Virus record (IMG/VR): IMGVR_UViG_3300030098_002348
Length of the DNA: 20,000 nucleotides
Direction: 5' to 3' (one strand)
Source: an uncultured virus (IMG/VR IMGVR_UViG_3300030098_002348)
Taxonomy: Duplodnaviria > Heunggongvirae > Uroviricota > Caudoviricetes
Of the stretch, positions 17,497-20,000 are shown one piece after another; the stretch's first letter is position 1, and each line of letters begins with the position of its first letter. Made by a program: the position numbers and the translations under genes. The notes beneath the pieces were generated by a model, which did no database searches, had not been told where the DNA came from, and saw only the letters and a program-made list of their open reading frames with translations.

Positions 17497-18440
17497 TAGC
17501 CTACCTCCGGATAATATACTTTTGGACTAATAAATGTGCTTACTGGAGATCCGTCTTCTGCAAGAGCTCTAGCAAGTTCATCCTCATACAATAGTTTTAA
17601 CTCTTGCACTCTTTGTGGAGCATATTTAATTGCAAGATAATAGGCTAAGCCTGAAGTCATGCAAGGGACAAATCTAAACGGCACATCTGTAGCGTTAGTA
17701 TAAGCACCAACATCCTGTATTCTTTGTGTGTAATAAAAATTTATACAATATCCAGTTTGAGCTTGTGTGCTACCGGGAGTTAAATATAAAGTTATAGTGA
17801 CTCTATCTATAAATCTTTGTACAAAATATTGACTCGGTGTTCCTTTATCTGTCTTATTTGAAAAAGCTTGATATTGCGATCTACTAATTTTTGTGAGTGG
17901 CGCATCTACATTTTGATCGTTTCGATAATTAGCTTCTAATACATCATTAACACCAGGAGCAAATTGTAAAACACTATCACCAGAAGTATGGGTAGCTGCA
18001 GTTGTACCATTAACACCTCTAACACATCCAGTTAAATTTGAAGAAGATATTGCTGAATAAGTTATCTCTTCATCATTTATTTTTACAATTCCTGATGAAG
18101 CAAGATTAGCGACAGAAGCTAAACCAATAGTTGTGACTGTTGCATTTATACCTGCAGATAAAGTTGTTGTGATACCTGCGCTTGTGCCATCACTTGGTGC
18201 TCTAAACAAAATATATTCTGCTTGTCCATCCACCATTTTAATACTTTGATTTTTAACTTCCCAATAGTGTAGACCTCTGTTACCCCATTCAGAAAAAAGA
18301 ATATTTAAAGATCTTCTGGCTGTTTTTAGTTGATAGCCAGAAACTCCCTGCATACCAATTCTTTCGTATGCCTCCTCAATAATCTCTTCAACTGGAAGGG
18401 TCTTTCCAAAAATGTAAGAACCCGAAGTAACGTTAGCCAC
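17496..18440 (-). CDS. Putative head-tail adaptor (head completion) protein with ~70-aa insertion
   Basis: 314 aa, GTG start with GGAGG; motifs IIEEAYERIG...GYQLKTARRSLNILFSEWGNRG, ISRS.Y....NK...G.PSQY and DVP.RF.P....GLAYYL. Confidence 0.7.
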   Translation of the reverse strand: MANVTSGSYIFGKTLPVEEIIEEAYERIGMQGVSGYQLKTARRSLNILFSEWGNRGLHYWEVKNQSIKMVDGQAEYILFRAPSDGTSAGITTTLSAGINATVTTIGLASVANLASSGIVKINDEEITYSAISSSNLTGCVRGVNGTTAATHTSGDSVLQFAPGVNDVLEANYRNDQNVDAPLTKISRSQYQAFSNKTDKGTPSQYFVQRFIDRVTITLYLTPGSTQAQTGYCINFYYTQRIQDVGAYTNATDVPFRFVPCMTSGLAYYLAIKYAPQRVQELKLLYEDELARALAEDGSPVSTFISPKVYYPEVG

Positions 18441-18449
18441 TTAAACCTC

Positions 18450-18773
18450 CTATCCAGCTGTTAAATTTGGACCAGAAAATTTATCTGTAAGTAAAGTATA
18501 AGCTGCAACGTTTGTTTTGGTTTTACAAAAAATTCCTTTTGGAAATAAAATTCCGTCTTCAGGAAAATTAAAATTAATTACATCACCTGTTGGAACATCT
18601 GCAAGAAATAAAGTTGTTCCTGAATTTGATGTTGTTGTAAGTTCTAAAACACCTGCACCACCACCATCAGAAGCAATAATTATACCTCTTAATCTTACTG
18701 GTGGCTCTATAATAGCTGTTGCGCCTGCAGCGGCATCAGATCTAGTAGCCTGTATATCAGTTTTTGCTGCCAT
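18450..18773 (-). CDS. Small beta-rich hypothetical virion protein
   Basis: 107 aa with RLRGI...G...L......F...P.DGILF..GI pattern; AAGGAG RBS. Confidence 0.7.
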   Translation of the reverse strand: MAAKTDIQATRSDAAAGATAIIEPPVRLRGIIIASDGGGAGVLELTTTSNSGTTLFLADVPTGDVINFNFPEDGILFPKGIFCKTKTNVAAYTLLTDKFSGPNLTAG

Positions 18774-18789
18774 TTATTTTCTCCTTAGT

Positions 18790-18816
18790 AAATTAAAGGT
18801 GCCCCCGAAGGGGCAC
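18790..18816 (-). terminator. Rho-independent terminator with UUCG tetraloop
   Basis: Minus strand GTGCCCC-TTCG-GGGGCAC followed by CTTTAATTT, just downstream of the stop at 18827. Confidence 0.8.
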
Positions 18817-18826
18817 TCTAATTATA

Positions 18827-19771
18827 TTAGTTAGTGTCGTTAACCTGTTGAGTCCAATAAATGTTTAACACACCTTCTCCGGCTGTTAATGCATCATCAG
18901 TCTTAGCAGTGATAACTACTGCTTTGTCCATCTCAAAACCAGCAGCATCGTCATCTGAAACATTTAAACAATTTTTCATCTGAGCAACTGTTTGGTCCAT
19001 TCCAGTTGGAATGTGATGCGAAGCAATGGCTTTTACATCGTTATCAGCATCACCTGCAAAGTAGTCAAGATCTAAACTGTTTAGAGTAGCTCCTGCTGCT
19101 TGTGCAACGTTAGCACCGATTTGCATGTCAAAGCCAGCTGTATCGAAAGCTTCGTTAACTACAAATCTAATATCGTTAATTCTAGAAAATTTAGGAATTA
19201 CAATATTGTTTGCTAAGTTTTTGCTAGATGAAGTTGATGATTGACCAAGTGGGTATTCGTTAAATAACGATCTACACACAACTGAAATTAATCCAGTTTC
19301 GATTACACCAACCGATAAAGTGCCTGCAGTACCAGAACCATCAATGTCTATAGCAGTTACAGTTTTGAAAGTTTTAGCAGAAGTTGCAACGTCAGCATTT
19401 GCCATTGTTACATCTTCAGTTTGTGCGTTGTCTAAAACATCTGTTCCAGTAATTGTTGCAGTTCTTGCAGAGTCATTACCAGCAGATGTTAAAGTAATTA
19501 CAGACGCCATTTCAAAACCACCATCAGAAGTTATTCCAGGTACATTTTGAGTTGAGTCAACTAATGTAACAGAAGTTGTACTAGCTCCGTTAGAACCAGT
19601 TACAGCTAATTTGTCAGCATCAGTTGTTACAGTAAAGTTACTGTGATTTACAGGAAAAGACGCGTGACATTCTACGAATGCAACGTTTCTTACATTATCA
19701 GAAATTGTACTTCCTGTAGTGTTTTGTATTCGGCCAACGTTAATTGGTCCCGAAAAGTTTGTTCTTGCCAT
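18827..19771 (-). CDS. Putative capsid-associated (decoration/fibre) protein
   Basis: Start re-called at ATG 19771 (MARTNFSGP; GGAGG at 19784-19780) instead of 19786; 314 aa, Thr/Ala/Asp-rich beta protein; own promoter and terminator suggest high expression. Confidence 0.6.
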   Translation of the reverse strand: MARTNFSGPINVGRIQNTTGSTISDNVRNVAFVECHASFPVNHSNFTVTTDADKLAVTGSNGASTTSVTLVDSTQNVPGITSDGGFEMASVITLTSAGNDSARTATITGTDVLDNAQTEDVTMANADVATSAKTFKTVTAIDIDGSGTAGTLSVGVIETGLISVVCRSLFNEYPLGQSSTSSSKNLANNIVIPKFSRINDIRFVVNEAFDTAGFDMQIGANVAQAAGATLNSLDLDYFAGDADNDVKAIASHHIPTGMDQTVAQMKNCLNVSDDDAAGFEMDKAVVITAKTDDALTAGEGVLNIYWTQQVNDTN

Positions 19772-19779
19772 AATTAAAT

Positions 19780-19856
19780 CCTCCAAGGTTAGATCATGTA
19801 GTCTCTTGGCCGTCGACTATACGCGTCTACATGAAATATTATTAATTTGTATAGTG
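19780..19856 (-). ncRNA. Candidate cis-regulatory structured leader RNA (three interleaved helices)
   Basis: Pairings 19855-19849/19822-19816 (7 bp), 19834-19827/19801-19794 (8 bp) and 19809-19805/19787-19783 (5 bp, overlaps the SD). Confidence 0.6.
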
Positions 19857-19861
19857 TGGTT

Positions 19862-19890
19862 TTTATACAACAGTTTTTAGTAGAGCGCAA
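19862..19890 (-). promoter_or_regulatory. Putative sigma70-type promoter
   Basis: TTGCGC (19890-19885), 17 bp, TATAAA (19867-19862); predicted start near 19855 coincides with the first leader helix. Confidence 0.55.
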
Positions 19891-19937
19891 GAGGGCCTAT
19901 AATGTGGATTGGATTTTTCCAACGATGTAGCTTTTTA

Positions 19938-20000
19938 TTAAGTAGCTACAGAAACTTGAGGAGCCGCATCATCTATTTTAAGCTGCAGATCAGCTTTTTT
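19938..20000 (-). CDS. 3' end of an upstream gene (truncated)
   Basis: Open frame KKADLQLKIDDAAPQVSVAT* ending in TAA at 19940-19938. Confidence 0.55.
   Translation of the reverse strand, partial: KKADLQLKIDDAAPQVSVAT

Noticed and set aside
47..19550. All plus-strand ORFs in the track
   Set aside because: They lie antisense to well-formed, RBS-bearing, coupled minus-strand genes and are expected shadows of codon bias; no recognisable motifs.
19772..19860. Assignment of the leader RNA to HDV-like or pistol ribozymes or SAM-II/V riboswitches
   Set aside because: Helix order and junction nucleotides do not match those families as I recall them; left unassigned pending a covariance-model search.

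Overview
AT-rich, gene-dense, single-strand (minus) virion morphogenesis region of a tailed dsDNA phage. Gene families and order resemble marine podovirus-like pelagiphage/uvMED genomes; this is recalled resemblance, not a database result. In transcription order (right to left): the 3' end of a small gene; a structured leader and putative capsid-associated protein; a terminator; head-tail adaptor-like and small structural genes; a fibre-like protein with a His/Cys/His/Met copper-type motif; two glycine-rich fibre proteins flanking a small partner gene; three tandem 2OG-Fe(II) oxygenases of different subfamilies; a tail nozzle-like protein; small genes; and putative internal (ejection) proteins running off the left edge. 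Highlights are a candidate kissing-loop/double-pseudoknot leader RNA that covers a Shine-Dalgarno site, a Gly/Pro-rich fibre plus triple-hydroxylase cassette with its own promoter and palindrome, and one ~70-aa domain inserted into three unrelated structural proteins. Plus-strand ORFs are treated as antisense shadows.
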